NCBI GenBank assembly: GCA_963665115.1
Contig: OY762007.1
Location: 4,704,001-4,768,000, forward strand
Origin: an uncultured Rivularia sp.
Lineage (GTDB): Bacteria; Cyanobacteriota; Cyanobacteriia; Cyanobacteriales; Nostocaceae
Direction: 5' to 3'
DNA length: 64,000 bases
Part shown: positions 22,537 through 32,502 of the stretch, in pieces
Position numbering within the stretch: position 1 is the stretch's first letter
Layout: each line of letters begins with the position of its first letter
Notes under the pieces: model-generated
What the model was told of the DNA's origin: nothing
The model's input: only the letters and a program-made list of their open reading frames with translations
Database searches by the model: none
Made by a program: the position numbers and the translations under genes

Positions 22537-23268
22537 CTAGCTAATCACCTTATTAGTTGGTTTCGTACTTAGAACATGGTGCTGTGTCCTAGAAAGCTGT
22601 GCAACCATTTCTGCACGAGATGAAACTTCAAGCTTACGGAACATTCGCTTCAAAGCTTGCTTGACAGAATTCTCGGTAATCCAAAGTTCAGTCCCGATTT
22701 CTGCGTTGGTTCGCCCTAAAGCAACCAATTCGGCAATCTGCAACTCACGAGACGTTAAGCAATTGGTGCGAAACGGTCGGTTTTTCACTTCCTCTAGATT
22801 TGCACTTTGCGCGAATCGCACTGTTGTAGTCCAAACCGATAAGTGCAAACAGATCGCACTTAGATCGGCTAAATTGTTGGTATCAAAGGCAGGCATTGAC
22901 TTGTCACGGGTGCAGCCTATGACACCCACTAATTGACCGCGATCGATTACAGGTCCTGCCATCACATGCCAATGATCGGGACGGGGACAAATGATAGCCC
23001 ATGCCTTGGGCGATGTCACCAATCCTTCGTGAGCAGGCGTATGACGCTCGGCAACATAACGCGCCACTGGATTATGTTTGGTAGATAGTGCGATGTTCAG
23101 TATTTCCTGAAGCTTGCGATTGCCTAAAGGCTGTTTGTCAAAGAAGAAAATTCCCGATCGCTTGGCTGCAAAATACTCACCTATTTTTGGCACGAGATGA
23201 GATTGGAGGTCATCTTCATCTCTATCCCGGTCGATAGCTTCAAATAAAAGTTGCAAGGAAGTCGTCAT
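22537..23268 (-). CDS. GAF-like plus LuxR HTH transcriptional regulator
   Basis: LTSRELQIAELVALGRTNAEIG...SRAEMVA LuxR HTH. Confidence 0.9.
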   Translation of the reverse strand: MTTSLQLLFEAIDRDRDEDDLQSHLVPKIGEYFAAKRSGIFFFDKQPLGNRKLQEILNIALSTKHNPVARYVAERHTPAHEGLVTSPKAWAIICPRPDHWHVMAGPVIDRGQLVGVIGCTRDKSMPAFDTNNLADLSAICLHLSVWTTTVRFAQSANLEEVKNRPFRTNCLTSRELQIAELVALGRTNAEIGTELWITENSVKQALKRMFRKLEVSSRAEMVAQLSRTQHHVLSTKPTNKVIS

Positions 23269-23367
23269 AGTGTCGAAAAGAGTACTCGATCGAGGACTGG
23301 GCAGGGTTGGTTGCCACTTCTAGTATAAAGATAGATTTAATTGCAGTCCCTAGAAGGAGATCAATTC

Positions 23368-24039
23368 ATGACTGACTCACAAAAGCACATCATTGGTTTG
23401 GTATTTTATCCCGACATGACGGCACTTGATATTGTCGGACCACAGCAAGTTTTTAGTGGGCTTCCCGGTATCCAAATCCATCGCATCTGGAAGACGCTAG
23501 ACGCGATCAAAACCGATGATGGAATGATAATTTTGCCTGACACGACCTTTGAAGATTGCCCGCCCTTAGACGTTATTTGTGTCGGTGGTGGCTTGGGGCA
23601 GGCGGCAGTAGTAAACGATCCAGAGGTGCTTGATTTTTTCCAGAAACAAGGCAGCACTGCGAAGTTCATCACCTCTGTGTGCGGTGGCTCTGAGTTTTTG
23701 GCAAATGCAGGACTGCTTCAAGGCTATCGAGCCGCAACTCACTGGATGATGCGCGAACAACTCGCAGCGCTAGGTGTTGAGGTTGGGACAGAGCGAGTTG
23801 TTACTGACCGAAATCGTATAACGGGTGGAGGGGTTACGGCAGGCATTGATTTTGCTTTAACGATTGCTGAAGTACTTTGTGGTGAGGAAGCCGCCAAAAT
23901 TACTCAACTATTGATGGAGTACGATCCAGCCCCTCCCTTCGATGTCGGCTCACCCGAAAAAGCGGGGGCTGAGTTGGTCAACAAGGCGATGGCATATGCT
24001 GCGGGGACATTTGGTTTAGAGGTAAAACAGGCGGTTTGA
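23368..24039 (+). CDS. DJ-1/PfpI family protein (isonitrile hydratase-like)
   Basis: LDIVGP, SVCGGS, TGGGVTAGIDF and EYDPAPPF; AGGAG RBS upstream. Confidence 0.9.
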   Translation: MTDSQKHIIGLVFYPDMTALDIVGPQQVFSGLPGIQIHRIWKTLDAIKTDDGMIILPDTTFEDCPPLDVICVGGGLGQAAVVNDPEVLDFFQKQGSTAKFITSVCGGSEFLANAGLLQGYRAATHWMMREQLAALGVEVGTERVVTDRNRITGGGVTAGIDFALTIAEVLCGEEAAKITQLLMEYDPAPPFDVGSPEKAGAELVNKAMAYAAGTFGLEVKQAV

Positions 24040-24040
24040 C

Positions 24041-24553
24041 ATGACTAAAAATTTAGAACCAAATTTAGAACCAAATTTAGAAATAAATTTAGAAATTGAT
24101 TGCGATGCCGTTGGCGAAGCCCTGCCCGATCGGGTAATAACCTTTGCTTCGGAGAATCGCACTCCCTCACGTTGGATGCAAATCGGTTTTTATGCCACTG
24201 CAATCGTTTTTAATCTTTGCTTAATTGCTCAGTTATTAACAGTTGGGATAGCCTACTTCAATGATTCTACTTGGTGGGATGTTCATGTTTGGCTAGTACG
24301 AGGGTATAGTGGGCTGTCTTTAATATTACTGGGAGGGTCATTAATAGCACCATTCTCAGATAGAATCCGATCTCTCGCCGCCAGTTTACCCGTGCTGCTT
24401 GGAATACAATTTTGCAGCATTCATCTCAAGACTCTCCACCTAGAAATACTCCATCCTCTGATTGGGTTCACGTTGTTATATGTTTCTTCAAGCCTTGTAC
24501 ATCGTCTATCGCGTGAGGTGTTTAATGAGTCAGACCTTGTGACTAAATCTTAA
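24041..24553 (+). CDS. Membrane protein with conserved-looking His residues (DUF6220-like)
   Basis: Four TM segments, HxWL and LHP motifs; 12-bp tandem repeat at the 5' end. Confidence 0.65.
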   Translation: MTKNLEPNLEPNLEINLEIDCDAVGEALPDRVITFASENRTPSRWMQIGFYATAIVFNLCLIAQLLTVGIAYFNDSTWWDVHVWLVRGYSGLSLILLGGSLIAPFSDRIRSLAASLPVLLGIQFCSIHLKTLHLEILHPLIGFTLLYVSSSLVHRLSREVFNESDLVTKS

Positions 24554-24645
24554 AGAGTTTCTAAATAGGCATTCCCAGCCTCCGGACTGGGAACGACATT
24601 AGAATTCATTATTTTTACTTCCCCCTTGTCTCCCCATCCCTTTCC

Positions 24646-26010
24646 TCAAAAACGATAAGCAAGAAACGGAATTAACATTTCAGCACTACTTAAACCAGCA
24701 TGAACTCCAAAATGCCCCTTATAACGCTCCTCATTTGTAATATGCTGGCGACATATCCAGTCTTTGTGAGAAATAAGCAGTAAATCGCCAATTCTATCTT
24801 CAGCTTCCTTACCCAAAGGTTTTCCCGGAAGTCCAAATAAACCTAATTTCATTGCTTCTGATTTAGTTATGGTAAAAAAGTTTTCGCTAAAATTCTGCTT
24901 TATATAATCTGCCACAACAGCTTGTTTATCGTGCTTAACGTGTAAATAACGAACCCGCGCCTCACCCGTTATCGGAGCAAATAAATTTTGGGTTAATTCG
25001 GGATGCTCTTCCAACCAAAGTGTATTTTCTAAGGGATTATACCTTTGCCCGTGGTCGGCTGTTAGTAACAAAACGGTATCATTACGACCCGCTAACGGTT
25101 CGAGAAGTTGTTTTTTAATCGCAAAATCTAACGTCGCAACTTCTGCTTTGTAAGAAGAACTCAGCGGCCCATAACGGTGAGAAACTGAATCTATAGTAGG
25201 TACGTATAAATAGGTAAAACTTTTTTGTTGACTAGTTTTTGTTAATAAACGTTCGCGCAATTGAGCAAAAGCATCCGAAGGTGTGCGATAACCTTTGAAA
25301 CCATCATTTCCAGCTTCCGAGCCAGCGCTGGTAAACCTGCTAATACTTGTTTGTTTAAACTGGTCAAAATTGATAATTTCTACATCTATTCCCGCTTTCT
25401 CCATGCGTAAATATATATTTGGAATGGGAAGCAAAGTTTCGGGATTGAATATGTTATCGGGGAAAGAGCCTCTACCCGCAGCAATTTGGGGACGAAAACC
25501 AATAAAATTAACTATAGTGCCAAGTTCGCGCATATAAAGATTAGTCGCCATCATCCCGTGTTGTGCGGGAGCATAACCAGTCGCTGCCGAAGTTAAAGCC
25601 GTTACGGTAGTGCTAGGGTAAACCGAAGTTGCAGGCATGAAAAAAGCTTCAGGGCGAACGCACGCTTGGGCGATGTTCGGAGCATCCTTAGAATTTGCAA
25701 GGGTTTGTAATTGTTCGTAACCAAATCCATCCAAAATTAACAGCACCACATGATTGATAGGAGCTTGATTTTGCCAAGATTTCCAAGCTTCCGATACTTC
25801 AGATGCTGCTAATAATTCTGGATTGAAAGCGGGTGTTGCTGCTTCCTCGCTCAAAGTCGGAGCATCGGGAGCCAGCCAGTCAATCGCTAAAGAAGCAATA
25901 TTACTCAAACCAAGTCCGTCGTAGCTGGGTTTAACTGCTTCGACACCGAATAAATCCGGTAGTTTTTGGCGAGCAAGCAATTTTTCTCTGGCTATAGCTG
26001 ATATTCCCAT
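24646..26010 (-). CDS. Alkaline phosphatase superfamily nucleotide pyrophosphatase/phosphodiesterase
   Basis: LILDGFG, PSTT, DSVSHRYG, TADHG and HAGLS metal motifs. Confidence 0.88.
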   Translation of the reverse strand: MGISAIAREKLLARQKLPDLFGVEAVKPSYDGLGLSNIASLAIDWLAPDAPTLSEEAATPAFNPELLAASEVSEAWKSWQNQAPINHVVLLILDGFGYEQLQTLANSKDAPNIAQACVRPEAFFMPATSVYPSTTVTALTSAATGYAPAQHGMMATNLYMRELGTIVNFIGFRPQIAAGRGSFPDNIFNPETLLPIPNIYLRMEKAGIDVEIINFDQFKQTSISRFTSAGSEAGNDGFKGYRTPSDAFAQLRERLLTKTSQQKSFTYLYVPTIDSVSHRYGPLSSSYKAEVATLDFAIKKQLLEPLAGRNDTVLLLTADHGQRYNPLENTLWLEEHPELTQNLFAPITGEARVRYLHVKHDKQAVVADYIKQNFSENFFTITKSEAMKLGLFGLPGKPLGKEAEDRIGDLLLISHKDWICRQHITNEERYKGHFGVHAGLSSAEMLIPFLAYRF

Positions 26011-26114
26011 TATTTTAATAGTTTGCGATACGCCGCAATTATTCTATCTTCTAGTTTTGAAGCTAGGATGGGATATTGTGTTTTTCTTTATATATTTCAT
26101 CTTTTAATAAATCG

Positions 26115-26846
26115 CTAATTTTTGCTGACAAATACAAAGCCACGTGTTTTACCCGAAGTCGAATCAACAGTATTCATCGCCTTCCATAAATCTTCCGTTT
26201 TTACCCAAACTGGCGGATATTTGTAACGGGAAACATCCAAGATTAAAAATCTATCTGTTTCTTGGTTGTAAGCAGCTAAAGGAGAAATATGTCCGCCTGT
26301 TTTTTGACCAATTGCTTTACGTAAATAGTTGATAATAATGAAATTATCCGATTGTTTTAAATTATCTGCTGCAAGCTTGCGAAACTCTTCTAAGCTAGTA
26401 TTACCTGCATGATAAACTTGTGTTTTAACTTGGTAACTTTCTAATAGTTTTCCTAACTCTTGCAGCGTCATTCCTTGACGAGAAACAACACCAGGACTTA
26501 TTACTTTGACAGCGGCTTGATTGCTAAAAAAATTATCTTGAGTAAATACGCGATAGGGTTTATATTCTGGAGATTCTGGTGCGGGAATACCTAAACTATT
26601 TAATACCATTACAATACTAGCGACTCCACAGTATGCTTGATTGTCTTGAGTGACAAACTGCATAGTTAAAGGGAAAAAATCTTCTGTTGATTTACTTTTA
26701 AGTAGTAAGTTTTTTCCTTCATCTGTATCAAAACTAATCAAATTATCTGTTAGAGTAAGCGTTTGAGCAAATACAGTTCCACTAGCGATACAGGTTCCTA
26801 AGATGAAAATTATCTGGGAAAATTTTGATAGCTTTAAACGAATCAT
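26115..26846 (-). CDS. Phytochelatin synthase family protein with signal peptide
   Basis: QxNQAYCG, GHISP and LDVSRYKYPP (Cys-His-Asp triad). Confidence 0.92.
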   Translation of the reverse strand: MIRLKLSKFSQIIFILGTCIASGTVFAQTLTLTDNLISFDTDEGKNLLLKSKSTEDFFPLTMQFVTQDNQAYCGVASIVMVLNSLGIPAPESPEYKPYRVFTQDNFFSNQAAVKVISPGVVSRQGMTLQELGKLLESYQVKTQVYHAGNTSLEEFRKLAADNLKQSDNFIIINYLRKAIGQKTGGHISPLAAYNQETDRFLILDVSRYKYPPVWVKTEDLWKAMNTVDSTSGKTRGFVFVSKN

Positions 26847-26968
26847 TTTTATTAAATTATTTGAAAAATAATATCTATCATAAATTTTACACTTGGATTG
26901 ACCTTACTGTAATTTAATTTTCTTTTACTAAGCTAAGCTAGACTTATAGCACTTCTACACTTGCTAAT

Positions 26969-27853
26969 ATGTCTGTCGCCAAAGAATTAGAAACCATAGA
27001 AGAAACCGTAGATTTAGACATCCCAAATGATGTAACATTTCCTCCAGGGGATATATACAGCGATGAGCCACCTTTGGAAAGCGATTTACATTTAAAGCAG
27101 ATGATTCTGCTGATACAGTGCTTAGAATTATTTTGGCAAAACCGTAATGACTTTTATGTTGCTGGTAATTTGACGATTTATTACAGTAATCGTCAACTTA
27201 AGTCAGAAAAGTTTCGCGGGCCAGATTTTTTTGCAGTGTTAGAAACCGAACGCAAGCCGCGTAAAAGCTGGGTAGTTTGGGAAGAAGACGGTAAATATCC
27301 AAATATTATTGTAGAAATACTTTCTAATTCCACCGCAGCAACAGACAGAGAATTAAAGAAGAAAATTTATCAAAATACTTTTCGCACTCCTGATTATTTC
27401 TGGTTCGATCCTGTAAGTTTAGAATTCAAAGGATTTCATTTAGTTGATGGTGAATATCAGCCACTCGAACCAAACGAGCAAGGTTGGTTATGGAGCGAGC
27501 AATTAAGCTTATTCTTAGGAATTCATCAAGAACAGTTACGTTATTTTACACCCGAAGGTGAATTACTTCCGACTCCAGAAGAATTAGCACAACAAAAAAC
27601 CCAACGAGCAAACCAAGAAGCCCAGCGTGCCGAACAAGAAACACAGCGAGCAAACCAAGAAGCCCAGCGTGCCGAACAAGAAACACAGCGAGCAAACCAA
27701 GAAGCCCAGCGTGCCGAACAAGAAACACAGCGAGCAAACCAAGAAGCCCAACGTGCCGAACAAGAAACACAGCGAGCAGATACAGAAGCTCAGCGTGCCG
27801 AACGTTTAGCAGCAAAATTAAGAGAGTTAAATATAGATATAGATGATTTATAG
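26969..27853 (+). CDS. Uma2 family protein with coiled-coil repeat tail
   Basis: SDEPPLES, FRGPDFF and PNIIVEILS; repeated ETQRANQEAQRAEQ. Confidence 0.9.
   Translation: MSVAKELETIEETVDLDIPNDVTFPPGDIYSDEPPLESDLHLKQMILLIQCLELFWQNRNDFYVAGNLTIYYSNRQLKSEKFRGPDFFAVLETERKPRKSWVVWEEDGKYPNIIVEILSNSTAATDRELKKKIYQNTFRTPDYFWFDPVSLEFKGFHLVDGEYQPLEPNEQGWLWSEQLSLFLGIHQEQLRYFTPEGELLPTPEELAQQKTQRANQEAQRAEQETQRANQEAQRAEQETQRANQEAQRAEQETQRANQEAQRAEQETQRADTEAQRAERLAAKLRELNIDIDDL
27598..27803 (+). repeat. 42-bp coding tandem repeat, about 5 copies
   Basis: Repeated ACACAGCGAGCAAACCAAGAAGCCCAGCGTGCCGAACAAGAA. Confidence 0.9.
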
Positions 27854-27926
27854 AAAAAAATTTAAAATTAAAATTTTTGAATTAAGACAGCCACTTTGGG
27901 CTGTCCTATAATTAAACTTAATTTAA

Positions 27927-28130
27927 TCAAATTTCATCGGGAATCACCCATTTAGGCGGCTCCGACAATTTTTTCATTCTGGCGATTTCAGCCATTTCGA
28001 GCATTTTGTCTAAAGAAGTATCTTGAATAAATTGTGATGCTTCTTGCCCATACTCTTTATTCGGACATTTGTCCCCTAAAACACAGCCGTTAACGCAGGC
28101 TTCAGCGCAATTGATTTTTTGTTCTTCCAT
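27927..28130 (-). CDS. Small Cys-rich hypothetical protein
   Basis: INCAEACVNGCVLGDKCPN; GAGGGAG upstream of ATG 28130. Confidence 0.75.
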   Translation of the reverse strand: MEEQKINCAEACVNGCVLGDKCPNKEYGQEASQFIQDTSLDKMLEMAEIARMKKLSEPPKWVIPDEI

Positions 28131-28354
28131 CGTGACTCCCCTCTTAACTAATACTTTTACAAAATAGATATTAGCTTCTGGATAAATATTAACGCGCAAT
28201 CCGATTTTGGATTAAGCAGGGAATAGGAATGAGGAATTAGGAGTTAGGAGTTAGGAGTTAAGTAATAGAATAGTGTGATGATGCAATTGAGGTAAGAGAG
28301 TTTTTTATCATCTCCCAATGCCCAATGCCCCATCCCCAATGCCCAATTTAAGAA

Positions 28355-29749
28355 ATGCCTGAAACCTTTGCTACAACTGGAACTATCGCGGCGATCGCCA
28401 CTGCTGTTGTCCCCCAACAGGGTAGCGTAGGAATTGTGCGAATTTCCGGTTCGGAAGCCTTACAAATCGCCGAACAGATTTTCCACGCACCGGGAAAACA
28501 AGTTGTAGAATCTCACCGGATTCTCTACGGTTATATTCGCCATCCTCAAACGCAAAAGTTGGTAGATGAAGCGTTGTTGTTAGTCATGAAAGCCCCTCGC
28601 TCGTATACCCGTGAAGATGTTGTAGAGTTTCACTGTCACGGGGGAATTATGGCGGTGCAGCAAGTATTAAAATTATGCCTGGAAGGCGGCGCAAGGCTCG
28701 CACAACCTGGGGAATTTACCTTAAGAGCATTTTTGAACGGACGTATTGATTTATCGCAAGCAGAGAGCATTTCCGATTTAGTTGGTGCAAAATCTCCTCA
28801 AGCTGCCCAAATAGCACTTGTTGGTTTACAAGGAAAACTTGCTGATTCTATCCGTCAGTTACGCGCTAAATGTTTGGATATTGTTGCCGAAATTGAAGCG
28901 CGGATTGATTTTGAGGAAGACTTACCCCCTTTGGATGGTGAAGCAATAGTCTCGGATGTGAAAAATGTTTTAGCAGAGATTGCAAAATTATTAACAACTG
29001 CCGATAAAGGCGAGCTTTTACGCACGGGTTTAAAAGTAGCTATTGTTGGTCGTCCGAATGTGGGAAAATCAAGTTTGTTAAATGCTTGGAGTCGTAGCGA
29101 TAGAGCGATTGTTACCGATTTACCGGGAACCACTCGTGATGTTGTTGAATCCCAATTGGTTGTGGGTGGTATACCCGTACAAGTATTAGATACAGCAGGT
29201 ATTCGCGATACCGAAGATCGGGTAGAAAAAATTGGTGTTGAGCGTTCCCGAAGTGTCGCACAAGCAGCTGATTTAGTATTATTTACAATTGATGCAACAA
29301 CGGGATGGACAAAAGATGACGAAGTAATTTACGAACAAGTAAAGCATCGTCCTTTGATATTAGTAATTAATAAAATTGATTTAGTTGAAGAAGAAAAAAT
29401 AAATTATATTACATCAGAAATTCTAAAGATAGAATCTAAAATATTCACAGCAGCCGCTAAAAATGAAGGTATTGAAGCATTAGAAATTGCGATTTTAGAA
29501 CAGGTAGAAATAGGAAATATAGAAGCAGCAGATATTGAGATAGCAATTAACCAACGTCAAGCGGCTGCATTAATCCAAGCAAAAACATCTTTAGAACAAG
29601 TGCAAATCACCATTGAAGAGGAATTACCCTTTGATTTTTGGACAATTGATTTACGCGCTGCAATTAACGCTTTAGGGGAAATTACTGGAGAAGAAGCGAC
29701 AGAATCTGTTTTAGATCGGATTTTTAGTAAGTTTTGTATTGGGAAATGA
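28355..29749 (+). CDS. mnmE: tRNA modification GTPase MnmE
   Basis: [21 protein letters not shown] and terminal FCIGK. Confidence 0.97.
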   Translation: MPETFATTGTIAAIATAVVPQQGSVGIVRISGSEALQIAEQIFHAPGKQVVESHRILYGYIRHPQTQKLVDEALLLVMKAPRSYTREDVVEFHCHGGIMAVQQVLKLCLEGGARLAQPGEFTLRAFLNGRIDLSQAESISDLVGAKSPQAAQIALVGLQGKLADSIRQLRAKCLDIVAEIEARIDFEEDLPPLDGEAIVSDVKNVLAEIAKLLTTADKGELLRTGLKVAIVGRPNVGKSSLLNAWSRSDRAIVTDLPGTTRDVVESQLVVGGIPVQVLDTAGIRDTEDRVEKIGVERSRSVAQAADLVLFTIDATTGWTKDDEVIYEQVKHRPLILVINKIDLVEEEKINYITSEILKIESKIFTAAAKNEGIEALEIAILEQVEIGNIEAADIEIAINQRQAAALIQAKTSLEQVQITIEEELPFDFWTIDLRAAINALGEITGEEATESVLDRIFSKFCIGK

Positions 29750-29969
29750 ATTGTAAATACTTTTGACTTCCGCTTTCGCCGCATTATTTGCTGTAGGGTA
29801 GCGGTTGATACTTCTATCTATTCCTCAGATGGGATATTTATTCTTGTAATTATGTATACAGATATTGATAATTAAACATAAAATTATTCTCTGTATAAAT
29901 ACTTTATTTTAGAACTTATTAGTTGTTTCAAATACTATCAGTGCGGAACTAAAAGAAATAAAACATCTA

Positions 29970-30062
29970 TAGGACTTACGCAATCGCAACGGTGTATTAG
30001 GTATTTCAGACGCTTAGATCCTCCCAACCCCCCTTTTTAAGGGGGGCTTTGCGTAAGTCCCG
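29970..30062. mobile_element. MITE-like element
   Basis: GGACTTACGCAA/TTGCGTAAGTCC inverted ends, ATCTA on both flanks, internal CCCCCC-TTTTTAA-GGGGGG hairpin. Confidence 0.6.
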
Positions 30063-30259
30063 ATCTATTTTTGTACAGTCAAATATACCAAACAATTGTC
30101 AATTAATTTCATCCCCTAAGTGCATAAGTTGATGAAATATGAAACTATTAACGAGAAGGGATGTTTTTTAAGCTTAATATCCGTTCCATAAAAACGTATT
30201 ATTTGATACTAATAAGCAAGCCTTTGTAAATGCGTGAGAAACAGAAGTTGTAGCTGGGT

Positions 30260-32413
30260 GTGGTGATGTCAAATCGAATCGTAATGAATTACCAAGATTT
30301 TCAAATACTAGTCGATAATAATAACAACATTCGCGCTTCTTCAGAACAAGGTGAGGTTTCGGGTGAATTGCGTTGGGAAAGGAACCAAATTAAACTGAGT
30401 TTACAATTAATCGACTCGGCACAAACAAATAGCGAATTATTCAAAGCTTTAGGAAGTCAACTTTACCAAGCACTTTTTCCCGATAAAATTAATGCTCGAT
30501 TTCACGCTACAATAGCAGCCGCACAAGCGAATCAAGAAAGCATCCGCTTGCGTTTAATATTTGAATCTCCCGAATTAGCTTCCTTACCCTGGGAATTTCT
30601 CTACGATGAAGATACCAATACCTTTTTAGGAAACAACACCGAAACTGTTGTCTCTCGTTATATTGATGTTCCTTTACAAAAGCGGGATATTAAAGCAGCG
30701 AGTTTACCGCTCAAGGTATTGTTAGTTATTTCAACTCCGACTAACTTAGCTTCCTTAGACGCTGCTGGTGAAGAAAAACTGATTCGCTCCGCACTGGCAA
30801 AGCATATAGAAGCTGGAAATATTGAATTAGATGTATTGCAAGCAGCGACTATCAGCAATATTAATCAGAAGTTACGAGAAAAACCTTACAATGTTTTCCA
30901 CTTTACCGGACACGGTGTCTTTGATAATAATAAAGGCTCTATTGCTCTTGTGGATAGCAATAATAAATCCAAATTGTTGAATGATGAGAGTTTTGCTAAT
31001 TTTTTCTTAGGCGATCGCCATGTCGATTTAGTTATTTTAAATTCCTGTCAAGGTGCGACGGTATCTTCAAGTCAAGCTATGAGCGGCACAGCACCAAACT
31101 TAGTTCGTCGTGGAATTCCCGCAGTTGTAGCGATGCAATATACGATACTTGATTCTACTGCCAAACTTTTTACAGACGAATTTTACCGTACTCTAGCGCT
31201 AGGTTATCCGGTAGACGCAGCGATTCAATCAACCCGCAATGCGATTTCGATGGAAGTTGGATTAGATAAGCGGGATTTTGCTACACCAGTACTTTTTATG
31301 CGAGCAAAAGACGGAATTATTTTGGATGTTATCAACGAAAAATCTTTAGAATCACAATCGCAAAATCAAAAATCTATAATTAATAGTACTTTTATGGAGT
31401 CGTTGGAATATCCCGATGGTGCTGTACCGCTTGATTCTCCTTTTTATTTAGAAAGGGATGGGATTGAATCTCTTTGTTATCAAACTTTAGAAAAACCGGC
31501 TGCCTTAATTCGGATTAAAGCACCAAAGTTAATGGGTAAAACAACTCTTGCGAGACGGATTATTGCCCAAGGAGAAAAGCTGAATTATCAAGCAGTGTAT
31601 TTGGATTTGGGTGGTGTGAATAAGGAATTCATTACCAATTTGGATAAATTTCTCCGCTGGTTGTGTAGTAAAGTTTCTTTGGATCTTGAACTTGAAAATC
31701 AAGTCGATAGTGCTTGGAATACTTCATTTTTAGGTAGTAACGACAACTGTACGGCTTATTTTAAAAAGCACGTATTAAAACAAATCAATTCTCCTTTAGT
31801 ACTCGTGTTAGATGAAGTAGATCGATTATTTCCCTATGGCGAAGTAGTAGAAGATTTCTTGGGGATGTTGCGCTCCTGGCATGAAAAAGGAAAGATTTCT
31901 GAAGTTTGGAAACGACTGCGGTTGGTGTTAGCTCATTCTACCGAAGTTTATATTCGCTTGGATTACCATCAATCACCTTTTAATGCTGGTGTTCCCATAG
32001 AATTACAAGAGTTTAATCGGCAGCAAGTAGAAGATTTAGCGACGAGACATGGTATCAATACCCAAGATAGTTTAATCTCAGAGTTAAGGAGAATGGTAGG
32101 AGGACATCCTTACTTGTTACGGTTGGCAATGTATGATGTGGCGATCGCTAAAACAACTTTTGAGGATTTATTACAGTCAGCGACAACAGAAGCGGGAATT
32201 TATCGCAATCACCTGCGTTATTTATTAGATATATTACGTTCAGCACCGGATTTAGTAAGAGCTTTGCAACGAGTAGTTAACTCAACTACGGGGGTGGAAT
32301 TAGATTCTATGGAAATTTATAAATTATACAGTTTAGGATTGGTGATTCGTGAAAATAATCACGTTACACCAAGGTGTCAGCTATATCGCGATTATTTCCG
32401 TCGGGTGTTGTAA
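30260..32413 (+). CDS. CHAT (caspase-like) domain plus AAA_35-type NTPase
   Basis: LPWEFL, HFTGHG and LNSC dyad motifs; APKLMGKT, LDEVD and SPFNAG. Confidence 0.88.
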   Translation: MVMSNRIVMNYQDFQILVDNNNNIRASSEQGEVSGELRWERNQIKLSLQLIDSAQTNSELFKALGSQLYQALFPDKINARFHATIAAAQANQESIRLRLIFESPELASLPWEFLYDEDTNTFLGNNTETVVSRYIDVPLQKRDIKAASLPLKVLLVISTPTNLASLDAAGEEKLIRSALAKHIEAGNIELDVLQAATISNINQKLREKPYNVFHFTGHGVFDNNKGSIALVDSNNKSKLLNDESFANFFLGDRHVDLVILNSCQGATVSSSQAMSGTAPNLVRRGIPAVVAMQYTILDSTAKLFTDEFYRTLALGYPVDAAIQSTRNAISMEVGLDKRDFATPVLFMRAKDGIILDVINEKSLESQSQNQKSIINSTFMESLEYPDGAVPLDSPFYLERDGIESLCYQTLEKPAALIRIKAPKLMGKTTLARRIIAQGEKLNYQAVYLDLGGVNKEFITNLDKFLRWLCSKVSLDLELENQVDSAWNTSFLGSNDNCTAYFKKHVLKQINSPLVLVLDEVDRLFPYGEVVEDFLGMLRSWHEKGKISEVWKRLRLVLAHSTEVYIRLDYHQSPFNAGVPIELQEFNRQQVEDLATRHGINTQDSLISELRRMVGGHPYLLRLAMYDVAIAKTTFEDLLQSATTEAGIYRNHLRYLLDILRSAPDLVRALQRVVNSTTGVELDSMEIYKLYSLGLVIRENNHVTPRCQLYRDYFRRVL

Positions 32414-32420
32414 AAAGCCT

Positions 32421-32483
32421 TGTTCGTAGTTGCGCTTCAGCGCTGAACACTATGAGGAGAGCGCTAAAGCGCAACTACAAACA
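32421..32483. repeat. REP-like inverted repeat
   Basis: GTAGTTGCGCTT...AAGCGCAACTAC between the two NTPase genes. Confidence 0.7.
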
Positions 32484-32502
32484 TATTTTTGTAATTGTAA
32501 TT

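Noticed and set aside
27546..27815. Repetitive ORFs on alternative frames
   Set aside because: Shadows of the 42-bp Uma2 coding repeat. It is not a CRISPR either, as there are no unique spacers.
32374..32502. N-terminal extension of the 882-aa ORF
   Set aside because: It spans the upstream gene end and a REP hairpin; ATG 32503 is the more plausible start.
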